A stretch of 64,000 nt of DNA from Octopus sinensis. Taxonomy: Eukaryota. The stretch covers positions 7,130,001-7,194,000 of the forward strand of contig NC_043017.1 in assembly GCF_006345805.1 (NCBI RefSeq), given 5' to 3'. This document shows positions 27,560-38,494 of this stretch, in pieces. The position numbers and the translations under genes were made by a program. Position 1 is the stretch's first letter, and the number at the start of each line of letters is the position of its first letter. A model generated the notes under the pieces. The model searched no databases and was not told where the DNA came from. It saw nothing but the letters and a program-made list of their open reading frames with translations.

Positions 27560-28870
27560 CGTGAGAACTTTTTGTTTGCTTTTTATCTACACGTATATTT
27601 CAGACTTAATTTAATTTCTTTAACCCGCCTTTTTTTTCCCCCGATTTATTTCTTAAATCCAAATCCAAACCGTTTATTTTTATTGTTTGTTTAAAGTAAA
27701 GGGATCCTCCAGAAAAACAAAAGAGATTTTTTTAAAAAAGCGGTTGGAATTGTGTTCAGCCAAAAGTTGGGGTTTTATTCGATCTTAGAGAAAATTAGAA
27801 GCTTGAGAATAAATAATGGTGAGTTGTAAATAAATTGTAGATTAATGAAGAGATTGGAATGAAAGAGCGGGGAAGAAATTAAGAGAGAGCGAAGAGAGAA
27901 GATACAGAGAAGAGCGATAGAAAGAGAAATGGTTTTAGAGAATGGATTTTAGAGAAGAGAGACAGAGAAAGACAGAGGGAAAGAGAGACAAGGAAGGGCT
28001 CCAGCGAGAGAAAGATAGAAAGAAAGAGTGCTAGAGAGACAGAGAGGAGTCCAGAAAAAGAGAAACAGAGAAGACAGGGTATAGAGAGAAAGAGAGAGTC
28101 TGGAGAGAGACAAATAAAGGAAGGGTTCCAAAGAGAGACAGAGAGAAGACAGGGTCCAGAGAGAGAACGAGCTTTGCTCCGCTTTTTTTTTTTCTTTCAT
28201 AAAGCTTCTCTTTGAAAGCTACAGAAAAATCTGAAAATGTGAAATGGTGAAAAATATGCCAAATATAGCCAGGCACCTACCTTTGTTTTGCCATTGTTAG
28301 CTTCGGTAAGATTAGAGTGATCCTCGCTACTCATAGTTTGACCGGTATTTTACACAGAAACTGTCCCAAAGTTGTCAGAAATCCTAACTTCTCTTTCTCC
28401 CTCACACTCTCTCTCTCTCACTCTCTCTCACTCAATGTCAGTCTACTTTTTTCTCTCTCCCTCTCCCTCGAGTTTTTTACTCTGTCACTTCCTCTACTTC
28501 CTTTACTGCCTCCTCCTCCGCTGTTGTGCATCTCTCTTCCTCTTTGTCTGCCCACTCTCTCTCTATTTCATTCTCCCTCCTTATCTCTCCCTCACTTTCT
28601 TCTTTCCTCCCTTCCTCTCTCTCTCCCATCTTTTCCGTTCGTACTCACACTTCTTCTCTAACCTTCACCTTCAGGACAAATTTAGATTATATTCTCTGCT
28701 AAAATATTAAAATAAAGCAAGTATTCAATATATTTTTCTTAATTGAAAAAAATTCAATTTAAATTTTAATAATATTTCAAACCTATTTCACAAGTAAATT
28801 TGATAATTTAATGCCGAAGTTTGTTGCCTTCATAGGACGTACACATTAACTGCGGATCTACCTCTGTGGT

Positions 28871-28878
28871 CCTCTTCC
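28871..28878 (+). promoter_or_regulatory. TCT core promoter / 5'TOP motif of RPL36A
   Basis: CCTCTTCC matches the YC+1TYTYY TCT consensus of ribosomal protein genes and starts 22 nt upstream of the ATG at 28893. Confidence 0.75.
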
Positions 28879-28892
28879 GCTAAGCATTGAGA

Positions 28893-28895
28893 ATG
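28893..28895 (+). CDS. RPL36A: 60S ribosomal protein L36a/eL42, coding exon 1 (ATG only)
   Basis: ATG followed directly by donor GTGAGT; supplies the Met for exon 2 (VNVPKT...). Confidence 0.85.
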
Positions 28896-30243
28896 GTGAG
28901 TACACGTTTCTAATTTTTCCAGATTAATCCCTTACCATCTTGCATCATTTACAATATATATTCACCATAAACCTTTTTATTAACACATATAGGTCTGTTT
29001 TATTCCATTTTATGAAACTTACGTATTTTAAAACTGAGCCTAAAAGGTTTTATAAGCAAAATTTTTCTCCATGTCGGAGTCTAAAAACTTGTACAGTTGT
29101 TGCAAGTTCAGAGCTTAAATATGTTTTTCTTCTAAATTTTCCCCTCATCTTTCAAATAATTTAGAGAATATACTTTTAATGTTACGTTAGTTTTGCCAGT
29201 TTTATCTATTGTGTATTATTATTATTTATAATAAGCTTTTAGTGATGATATTTTAATGTCTATAATCACATGGTGTCAGCCTTCTACATAAAAATTACTG
29301 AATATGTTGGATTTATCAATACTAAATACCATGAATTTATACAGTTTATCAGCATTAAACAAGCTTTTGTATGCATATAAACATATATAGGTAGTATTAT
29401 ATATATGTATAGGTAGGTATATACTTTTTTAAATTTAAAAGTTTGTAATGTTTCAGGAGATCTGGTTTCTGGTGAAGACCCTCCACTTCATCTATTGATT
29501 CCATTTCTCAATTATAACAACCGTCCTTCAATATACACACACATATACATTTGATTGATCTAGCATAAACTTTGAAAGTAATAAGTTAGTGGATGGAAAT
29601 GCTGTTAAGGACCATTGAGGAGCCCCACTACTTGAACACGGAGGTCCCGAAGCTTCTACGTAACGATGTGTAGGGTAGGGTTAGTTTTTAGGGTTTACGG
29701 TGTCGTTACACGTCTGCACAGCGTACATTTAGAATGCTTTTGTACGTAACACCTGCATTTAAGTATTACCTGAAAATCAACATTCAAGAGGTCTCCTGCA
29801 GTTTCGGGATAACTCATCTAAAATTTGAACGAGCAATGGTTTGTTTAGTCGGCAGTTTTTAAAAAAGTGAAAATTTATTGAAAGAGGAACAAATGAGGTA
29901 TAATGTACTCGAATTCAAGTGTTGATGTTTAGGCTCGGGTTTGTCCTTATTGAGCAGAGGAGACCTACGACTCTGGGTTAAAGGTATTCCACCCACGACC
30001 ATGTTTTATGTATATCAGGAATGACATCATTGCAGGGATATCTGGCTGTTATTTTTAGCAGTCAACTGTCCCTTGTTTTAAAGACTATTGGCTGATCGAG
30101 GTTGAACGAATTTTGGTAAACCAGGGAAGCTTAAGGCCTTAATTTTCGTTATGTATCCATCACTATCACATCAGCAAACTCAGCTTATCTAGTTTCTGTT
30201 AAGATTTGTTCCCTAAATTTTATATTTATATTTTGTCTCGCAG

Positions 30244-30355
30244 GTGAACGTCCCCAAAACCCGGCGGACCTACTGCAAAGGTAGAAAATGCAGGAAACAT
30301 ACTCTTCACAAGGTGTCACAGTACAAGGCTGGTAAAGCCTCACTATGTGCCCAAG
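30244..30355 (+). CDS. RPL36A: RPL36A/eL42 coding exon 2
   Basis: Acceptor tgtctcgcag; [37 protein letters not shown] plus 1 nt; donor GTAAGA. Confidence 0.97.
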
Positions 30356-31609
30356 GTAAGACCCTAAAGTTGTATTTGTATTTTTACTGTTATCTCTGCA
30401 CAATGCATCTAATGATCCACGAAGAAGTGACGTAGTGTCATAATCATAAGTACATGGCCATGGTAGGTATTAAGCCTTTCATTCCCTATGGACTGTGGGC
30501 CATCGGCGACTTTTCTCCACTGTTCTCAGCTCTGAGCTGTCCCTGAAGGTCTTCCTCTCCCAGCCCTTGGTTTTGGATTGTCACTGATGTTCCTGTAACT
30601 TTACTATTCTCTTTGTGGGGTTGTTGGCCCTATGCAAACCGGTTTTTACTTCTGGGAAGGGGATGACCGTATTAGTCAGGCTTTGACCTGTCTGGCATAG
30701 GCCCTCCAAGGAGCTTGCATTGAGTTGGTGCTGCTCAAGGGTTAGGGTTGGCATTAAGGCACACTGCGACACAAGAACTGGACTTGCGGTAGATATTCGC
30801 ACGAGTTGTGGTGCAAGTGTAAAGTTTGCTGTTGGTTTGGCTTGAACGACAGTTTTGATGCCAGATTAACTTGCTGCCATTCACATGGTATGAGAAACTT
30901 CCTGAGATCCTTTAGCAACTCTCCGTATTTTGGACAGTTTCGATGTATCTATTGCTTGTTGCCTGTGTTTCTGATACTGAAGTGGGTGAAGGGAGTGGCA
31001 TAAAATGCTTTTGAGGGTGATTTTGAAAGTTTTTTTCAAAATCACAATTCTTTGCTGTATGAAATACATGAGTACTTTTTCAAAAAGGGAAAGGGCTAAC
31101 CTTTATGTAACTTCAAGGGAGAGTTATTCTAAAACACCACTGTATTTAATGTTCATAGTCTATATAATCGATTTACTTCGACTGACGATCGTGTTTATCT
31201 CAGCTGAAATGATTAGCCAACTGCTGCAGTATGTGCTTATATGCATCCACGTGGTTAAATTTACAAATAAAATACAGAAATCATGAGGAATGCTAAGTAA
31301 AATGGTCGAAGTAGGAAAGTTCTCTTTTTTTTTTTTATATTGATGATATGAATTCTGTTAAGGGTCCTTAATAAGAGCAGTGATCATCTACTCAGTAGAG
31401 GCTATGTTGGTAACCTTCATTGTAAATATTAGGGAGTCTGTATTTAAGAATTTTTTAAGGGATAATACGTAGTTAAATCGAAGCAGGAGGAAGGGGTTTC
31501 ATTCGACAACCTACATGTTGCTTTGAACCTAGCACTTGTTTGTCGCCAACGAGTCTTATGAATTCACTGTCTTGAAATAGGCTATCCTTCCAAAGCTCGT
31601 TGATATATA

Positions 31610-31640
<31 letters not shown>

Positions 31641-32090
31641 CTAGTAAATAATCTTAGAAGCAAGACCTGAATGTCTCACCTTTTCTCTGATCTTTCTAAG
31701 CCTTGCCCCTTTTGTATATCCAATAATTTGTAATTAACGTAGTTACGTCCCTTCTTTTGTCAAAATTATTTTGATATTTGTAAGAGTTAGAAAACCTTAA
31801 TGTCGAGTTTGTAAAGCGTAATTGTTGCATGTCTGTGATTCCATTTCATTCGTTAACTGTTTTAGTATTAAGAAGCGAGTCATTCCTTCATTTAGGGAGG
31901 TGGATCCATTACGGGGAACTCCTGTGGTTTCTCTCATTTGGGTGAGAAATTCTGGCAATAGGGAGACAACTGCTGTATCCTTGTAGGGAAGGACTCTTTA
32001 GAATTAATCAGTTAACTGAGAATCGGATCCTAGGTTGTAATTGTGTTTTGTCTTATATATTGGAATTAAAAATGTTTTATTTATTTGTAG

Positions 32091-32158
32091 GTAAGAGACG
32101 TTACGACAGGAAACAAAGAGGTTATGGTGGTCAGACCAAACCTATCTTTCACAAAAAG
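32091..32158 (+). CDS. RPL36A: RPL36A/eL42 coding exon 3
   Basis: Acceptor ttatttgtag; (G)[22 protein letters not shown] containing the GGQ motif; donor GTACGT; phase matches exon 2. Confidence 0.97.
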
Positions 32159-32280
32159 GTACGTATATTCGCCTGTCTTTTTTAATGTTCTCTCTTTCTG
32201 AATGGCTCGAGTATTATGTTGGCTGCCTTACCAGTGTTATGAGTTCAGGGTGTGAAAATTTGCTTTTCGTATTTCTCTAG

Positions 32281-32397
32281 GCTAAAACCACCAAGAAAAT
32301 TGTCCTTCGAATGGAGTGTACAGAATGCAAATATAGAAAACAACTGCCAATTAAACGGTGTAAGCACTTTGAGCTTGGAGGTGACAAGAAAAAGAAG
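32281..32397 (+). CDS. RPL36A: RPL36A/eL42 coding exon 4
   Basis: Acceptor atttctctag; [39 protein letters not shown]; non-canonical donor AAG|GCAAGT. Confidence 0.95.
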
Positions 32398-32464
32398 GCA
32401 AGTCCTGTTTTTATTCTTCCTACTTTTTGTGCATTTGAACAGTCATTTTGTTTTTGCACTAACA

Positions 32465-32651
32465 TCTTCCTGTACATCAGTGTCCAGCTGTAGTCATTAT
32501 GACCAGTGTTTTTGCATTGGTCAGTTGACCGTGTCAGTTGTGATTGTACCCAGGGAAGGAGATTAAACTGTCAGGATTAAGACGAATGGACCCAGTGCAA
32601 CCTCTTTCTTAATGTTGAATGACTGGTGTCTCGCATTCACCTGCTACAATT
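32465..32651 (+). ncRNA. Box H/ACA-like RNA, subfamily A, copy 1 (RPL36A intron 4)
   Basis: Long 5' hairpin (TCTTCC...GGAAGG), H box AGATTA at 32560-32565, 3' hairpin CAGG/CCTG, ACA at 32646-32648. Confidence 0.75.
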
Positions 32652-33418
32652 CGATTGTTCTATTTGATGATTGGTGTTCAGTATCTTTATAAAATAAATG
32701 TAACATTTGGGTAGTGACTGCAATTCCTTGAGCAGTATCATGATGGAACCAGTAATGCGGTTCCAGTTAAGAACTGACCAGCTTAGGTCAGAGAATGTCT
32801 GGCCCTGGTGTCCATTGTGTGATCTTGTTAAACTGCTGTTATTCTCCTGCATCTGTGTTTGTTCAGGTAAGGCAGGATGGGTAGAGGGATTTCCATAGTC
32901 TTATCAGTAGCATTGCAAAATTATTTTAACCCCTATATCCTTCATCTTACTAAGAAATACGTAGTGGTAGATATGATTGTGGTTTCGTTAGTTGTACAGT
33001 CTGGTCTTCAATGGTGGTGGTCATCATCAGTGTTGTACTTTGCTAATCAAAAAGTCACTTGCTGTCCTGAGGTAGCATTGATCAGCTTATATACAATAAT
33101 AGTACCATGGTTTTCATATAAGCAAAACCCCTTTTCATATTGTTCCTTATCGTAAGCAACCCTTACTCGTTATTATCGGTCAGTGTTGGCAATGGAAGTA
33201 GGTCCTTATTGGCGACACTGCAGATGGTAATGTTGAGGTAGCTGTTGTGTTGTCGTTTCTCTCAGTAATAAAGTTTATTGTTTTGAATGTACCATAAGGA
33301 AAGGTGTTAGTCAATTGGTAGAATGTGTTTTATGTCACTTGTGTGTGGTTAGTTTCTGTTCAGGTAACTGATTGCATTTCTTGTTTATATTTTGTATCAT
33401 GCAGTAATAGCAATAATA

Positions 33419-33602
33419 CCTTCCTGTACATCAGTGTCCAGCTGTAGTCATTATGACCAGTGTGTATGCATTGGTCAGTTGACCGTGTCAGTTGTGATTG
33501 TACCCAGGGAAGGAAATAAACTCAGGATTAAGACGTATGGACCCAGTGCAACCTCTTTCTTAATGTTGAATGACTGGTGTCTCGCACTCACCTGAAACAC
33601 CT
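33419..33602 (+). ncRNA. Box H/ACA-like RNA, subfamily A, copy 2
   Basis: Near-identical to copy 1; H box variant AAATAA still fits ANANNA; ACA at 33597-33599. Confidence 0.75.
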
Positions 33603-34257
33603 TCTAGCTTGTTCATATTGATGTGAGAACACGAAATATGGTGTAATCTCATCAAAGAAATTCTTCTCTTAAATATATTTATATGTAGAGTCATAGTTTC
33701 AGGAAATTTTCTTTGTTTTGATTTCATTTAGCAACAACTCGTTTTGGTTTTAGTATGGAAACTTAATCCTTTCCCATTTAACTTGGTCATTTCTGACCCA
33801 ATTGTTGTTTTCTGTTCAGACAAGCCAGGTCTGACCTCTCAAACCTACACTACTATATCATTCTCTAAAGTAATTATGTTGTTGAAATTTCAAAGCTATG
33901 AGATCATTTAAAACTGAATAAATAAGCTTTGTTTGACAGTAATCTGAATGCTAAAGGGTCAACGTCTTCTCATTGTCGACTAACTACTGTCTTACTACCA
34001 TTACCATTGAGGTCTGACAGCATATAAAGCCTGAGCATTCAATGGGCATTGTGTAATTTCTTAAATGCAGCTCTTCACTTAATTTATACACACCTATTTA
34101 ATTAACTTTTATTGATGTTAACATAGAAATGTTGCTCTGATTTCATTTAGCAATGAACTCTTTTTTTGATTAGCAACCTTTGTGCCAGGATTGAGATGAA
34201 AACTTAAAACCTCATTAAGATTTGATTTATTAATATTGCTTTCATATAGTTTATATA

Positions 34258-34428
34258 CTTTCCTGTACATTCTTTGTCTGGCTGTAGTTAGTGTGTCCAG
34301 TGTATGTGTATATATACTGGCCATTGATTGTGTCAGTTGTGATCATGGAGGGACATTTACACTTAGGATTGACTAGACCCAGTACAGTCGCTACATTAAC
34401 TGGCTTCTCAGTGTTGCCTGCTACATTA
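34258..34428 (+). ncRNA. Box H/ACA-like RNA, subfamily B, copy 3 (degenerate)
   Basis: Homologous to copy 8; ACA at 34423-34425 kept but H box reads ACATTT. Confidence 0.45.
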
Positions 34429-34566
34429 TTTCAGCAGTTGAATGTAAAAACTGTATTCAAATCACTTCTAGTTTATTTCACTAATCTACATCTCTGGTTA
34501 ATGTAAGAAGTCAATATTTTTACATTGATTTGGCTTAAAGACGGTCTGGTTGGGCTGGGGAATATA

Positions 34567-34715
34567 CCTTCCTGTACATCAGTGGCTAGTGTGTATACAT
34601 TGGTCAGTTGTGATTGTACCTAGGGAAGGAGATTAAACTGTTAGGATTTGGATGTATGGACCCAGTGCAACCTCTTAATGTTGGATGGCTGGTGTCTCAC
34701 TCATCTGCTACATGT
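34567..34715 (+). ncRNA. Box H/ACA-like RNA, subfamily A, copy 4 (internally deleted)
   Basis: Deletions on both arms shorten the 5' hairpin; AGATTA and ACA (34710-34712) retained. Confidence 0.55.
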
Positions 34716-36253
34716 CTTTTCATTTGGGTTGACTTGCTGTGGTAGGTATATAATATGAGTAGCCATTTGTTAATGCAGGTGGTTGCATTACATATCAGTC
34801 CCTAAAGCTTGGTATATTTTTTTTTTAAATGGGGTTCACAATACAATAATTATCACTTACAGTACCCATTGTCCATGCTTGCATGGGTTGGACAGTTTGG
34901 CAAGCTGCAGAATTACATTAAGCTCTGATATGGGCTCTGCAGCTCATCGCTTGTTACCTGATGTACCGACTAATTGCTCAACCTCCATTTCACCTAATCT
35001 ACACCATGTAGCTGTTGGGGTCAGGGTATTGAAGACAAAAAATCAATTTTGCTTCTGTGTATGCAGTCTTTTTTTTTTTTCTTTTAAATTCGTTTATATC
35101 TCTTGTGAACAAATCATCTGCTTCAAAGCCATGTGAAGTATGAGTTCCTTTACTTGAATGTGTGGCAGCTTGCAAGCAGGAAAGGAATATAGTTATAAAA
35201 CAGTGCCCCAGTAGCACATTCGTCTGACCCATGCAAGCATGAAATAGCAAGAGTAAAGCTAATCCAACTGCTGATCTTTTCTGTTTACAATTACTGTAGC
35301 ACGATTAAATCATACCACAGTATTGCCCAATACATGCTTCACAAATTGTAATGTTCTCGGTTTACTTGGCATATATTGCCAGAAAGCCATTGGGCTTCAT
35401 ATGTCATGTACTGACATTCAAAATGTATCCTATTTATACTAGAATAATAGGGTCACCCAAAGGCTCATCTGTACTCTTCCTTTTCTCTCTCCTCTCCCCA
35501 CATCAACATCTCTTTTAATAGAATGTTTCCTTCAGCATGGAAAGAGGGCACTTGTTTGTTTTTTGCGAGGAATTTGTTCTATGATAAAAATCATTTGATT
35601 TCCTCTGTGAAGTTGGCTGAGAATTGAGCCCTTGCTGGGTGGGGCATGGCTAAACACCATTTAGACTGGTTGGTTTCTCTGCCCACACCCTCCATCTTCC
35701 TCGTTGCTTTTTCTTTCTTTCTTAGTTGAGGTAATTCTGGGAGGGATTTTCCCTTGGTAATCTAATTTTTTACACTTTAAATTTCTTTTCTTTCTAAAAC
35801 TTCATCTTAGAAAGAGGGATTGTTATCATTGTCAGGGTTGAGTTTTCATTTACTTCTGGTGTCTGAATGTGAAACCAATGCTTGGTTTGTTAAATTACAG
35901 AAAATATATTATGTGGAGAGGGAACATTTGGAAACTGGAGAATTTTTACACCATAGATAAACTGTTGTGTTAAGCAGTTACTTAGTGAAGCCACATGTTA
36001 TCTCTGGTGTTGTAGGACTTCTGTTGATAACTTTGTTAAAATATGGTTTTGTGTTATAAGCCATTAATTTCTGAGTTGGTTAGTGGCAGGGAAAGGCATA
36101 AGTAATCTCTTGCTGCCCTAGTTTCTTTTCATTTAGCAATAAGCTCTTTGTTTTAGGTTTAAAATGCTATATTTATGCCAGGCTTGGTCTGGAAACCTAA
36201 TTATCTCCTCAAACTAGGTTTATACTTTGTTAATATTATGTATAGTTTGTATA

Positions 36254-36366
36254 CTTTCTTGTGGATTGTATGCGTCTTTCTGCAGTTGTGACCAGTGTGT
36301 GTATGTATATTTATATATATAGGTCATTGACTATGGTGATTTTTAATTGTATAAAAGGAGATATAT
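36254..36366 (+). pseudogene. Decayed subfamily B copy 5 (5' hairpin remnant)
   Basis: Residual similarity (gtgaccagtgtgtg...ggtcattgact) and the same flanking blocks as copies 3 and 8; no 3' hairpin recognised. Confidence 0.4.
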
Positions 36367-36700
36367 TAGCATTTACATTGTTATATTTCTATTGAAATAG
36401 GCAGCTTTGAGTTAATTTTGGTTTTAAATTTAGATCACTTGAAACCAGGGGTGATTTGGGGAAGTTGATATGGAAAGGTTTGATTTGAGGTTTAGGCTAG
36501 ACCAAAAATTGTCATTAGGTACAATGGTTGGTCTCCCATTGTTGGCTGAGGTGTTGTATTCAAATCTCTTCTAGTTTATTTCATGAATCCAGTCTGTATT
36601 AATCATGTTCTTGAATGTTTTTACATTAGTTTGATCAGAAAGCAATGTGGTGGTTTGTGTGTGTGTGTGTCAGTGTATAAAAGTTTAATATTTGAAAATA

Positions 36701-36887
36701 CCTTCCTGTACATCAGTGTCCAGCTGTAGTCATTATGTCCAGTGTTTTTGCATTGGTCAGTTGACCGTGTCAGTTGTGATTGTACCCAGGGAAGGAGATT
36801 AAACTGTCAGGATTAAGACGTATGGACCCAGTGCAACCTCTTTCTTAATGTTGAGTGACTGGTGTCTCGGACTCACCTGCTACATAG
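36701..36887 (+). ncRNA. Box H/ACA-like RNA, subfamily A, copy 6
   Basis: Full-length; AGATTA H box; ACA at 36882-36884. Confidence 0.75.
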
Positions 36888-37529
36888 CTTTTCCTTTGGG
36901 TTGTATTGCTCTGGTAGATACTGGTGGCTTGTTGTCATCTGTTGCATGTTTTTCTTCAGCAAGAGACATGAAGTTTTGGTGGTTAGAGAAATAGATTGGA
37001 TTTTTTACATCCTGTCTGTTGAATAAAAGAATATATTTCACATGCCTTATAAATATGATTTTGCTTGACCTTTTGGCATTTAAACTAACCACATCCTGCC
37101 TTTTATACTTGCCCTGTAATATAAGATAGAGATACTGAAGCTAGGAGATGGTGCATGATTCAAAACAATGATTGTAAATTTGGTAGGGTCGTTTGAATTC
37201 CAAAGGTTTATGAGCTGAGTTCCTTAATTAGGCAACCATTGTTCCCTTTATGTAGCACTTTCCAATGCAGGGTTATTCAGTTTGTAGTGTTAATGAAATA
37301 AACTTGGTTGACTTCATATTTAACCCTTCAGCATTCAGATTATTCTGTCAAATACGTTTGTGTATTGTTTTGAATTAGCCATGCATTATCTCATTGCTTT
37401 GAGATTTTGATGTTTACCTTTAGGATGATGATGTAGGGTAGGTGTGAGAGGACAGTAGAAAGTTTGGGTTGGCTTAAATGCCAAAAGGTTGAGTCCTACA
37501 TGTATGGTGAGTTAGCTAATGTGCTAATA

Positions 37530-37715
37530 CCTTCCTGTACATCAGTGTCCAGCTGTAGTCATTATGACCAGTGCTTTTGCATTGGTCAGTTGACCGTGTC
37601 AGTTGTGATTGTACCTAGGGAAGGAAATAAACTGTCAGGATTAAGACGTATGGACCCAGTGCAACCTCTTTCTTAATGTTGAATGACTGGTGTCTCGCAC
37701 TCACCTGCTACATAG
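37530..37715 (+). ncRNA. Box H/ACA-like RNA, subfamily A, copy 7
   Basis: Full-length; AAATAA H box; ACA at 37710-37712. Confidence 0.75.
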
Positions 37716-38073
37716 CTTTTCATTTTGGTCATATTGGTGTACTGTTTTTATAAGTAGAAGCACTTTATAGGACTTGGTGTAATGTCTTCAGTGAAGCTGA
37801 TAAACTTACTTGTGATTAACATATTTAGGACTGCAGGTTGTAATACTCGCAGTTTGGTATTGTAGCCTTACATCTATACTTTCGTGTTTGAATAACCTCA
37901 TTATACTTAGCTATAGTTTCAGTAAATTGAGTTTATTCATGCTAAGATAGAGATGATGACGTTTTCATTGTTGCTCTAATTTTATTCAACAAATTCCATT
38001 CTGTCCATTGGCATGGAAGCCTGTGTCTTCTCAGTTTAGATTTGTATTAGTGTTTGTGTATAATTTATATATA

Positions 38074-38115
38074 CCTTCCTCTGCATTCTATGTCTGACTG
38101 TAGTCATTGTGTTCA

Positions 38116-38177
<62 letters not shown>

Positions 38178-38292
38178 TGGCCATTGACTGTCAGTTGTGA
38201 TTAAACAAAGGGAGGGACATTAACAATCAGGATTGACTTGACCCAGTGCAGTCGCTAAGTTGACTGGTGTCTCACTGTTGCCTGATACATTA
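38074..38292 (+). ncRNA. Box H/ACA-like RNA, subfamily B, copy 8
   Basis: H box ACATTA; lower stem ATCAGG/CCTGAT; upper stem GACCCAGT/ACTGGTGTC 15 nt from ACA (38287-38289); (GT)n(TA)n expansion at the apex of the 5' hairpin. Confidence 0.6.
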
Positions 38293-38494
38293 ATTTCAAC
38301 TGTTGGATAAGAAATTGTATTCAAATCTCTTCCACTTTACTTCATTGATCTCTCTCTAACATAAGCTAGTATTTGTTTTTTACTAAAAAGACTATGAGAT
38401 GGTCTGTAAAATCAATTTATACAATTATTTTTGTCACTTGTATATATGTTTATTTAAAATTGCTAAAACTGCTTTTGTTTAATATTTGAAAATA

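Noticed and set aside
31340-31420. Box C/D snoRNA in RPL36A intron 2 (TGATGA)
   Set aside because: No suitably placed CTGA D box or terminal stem.
32465-32651. Identification of the array RNA as U17/snR30, U19/SNORA74, SNORA23 or telomerase RNA
   Set aside because: Lacks the U17 AUAUUCCUA/AAACCAU motifs, helix-69 antisense pockets and a CCCUAA template as I recall them; similar size is not enough. Needs an Rfam search.
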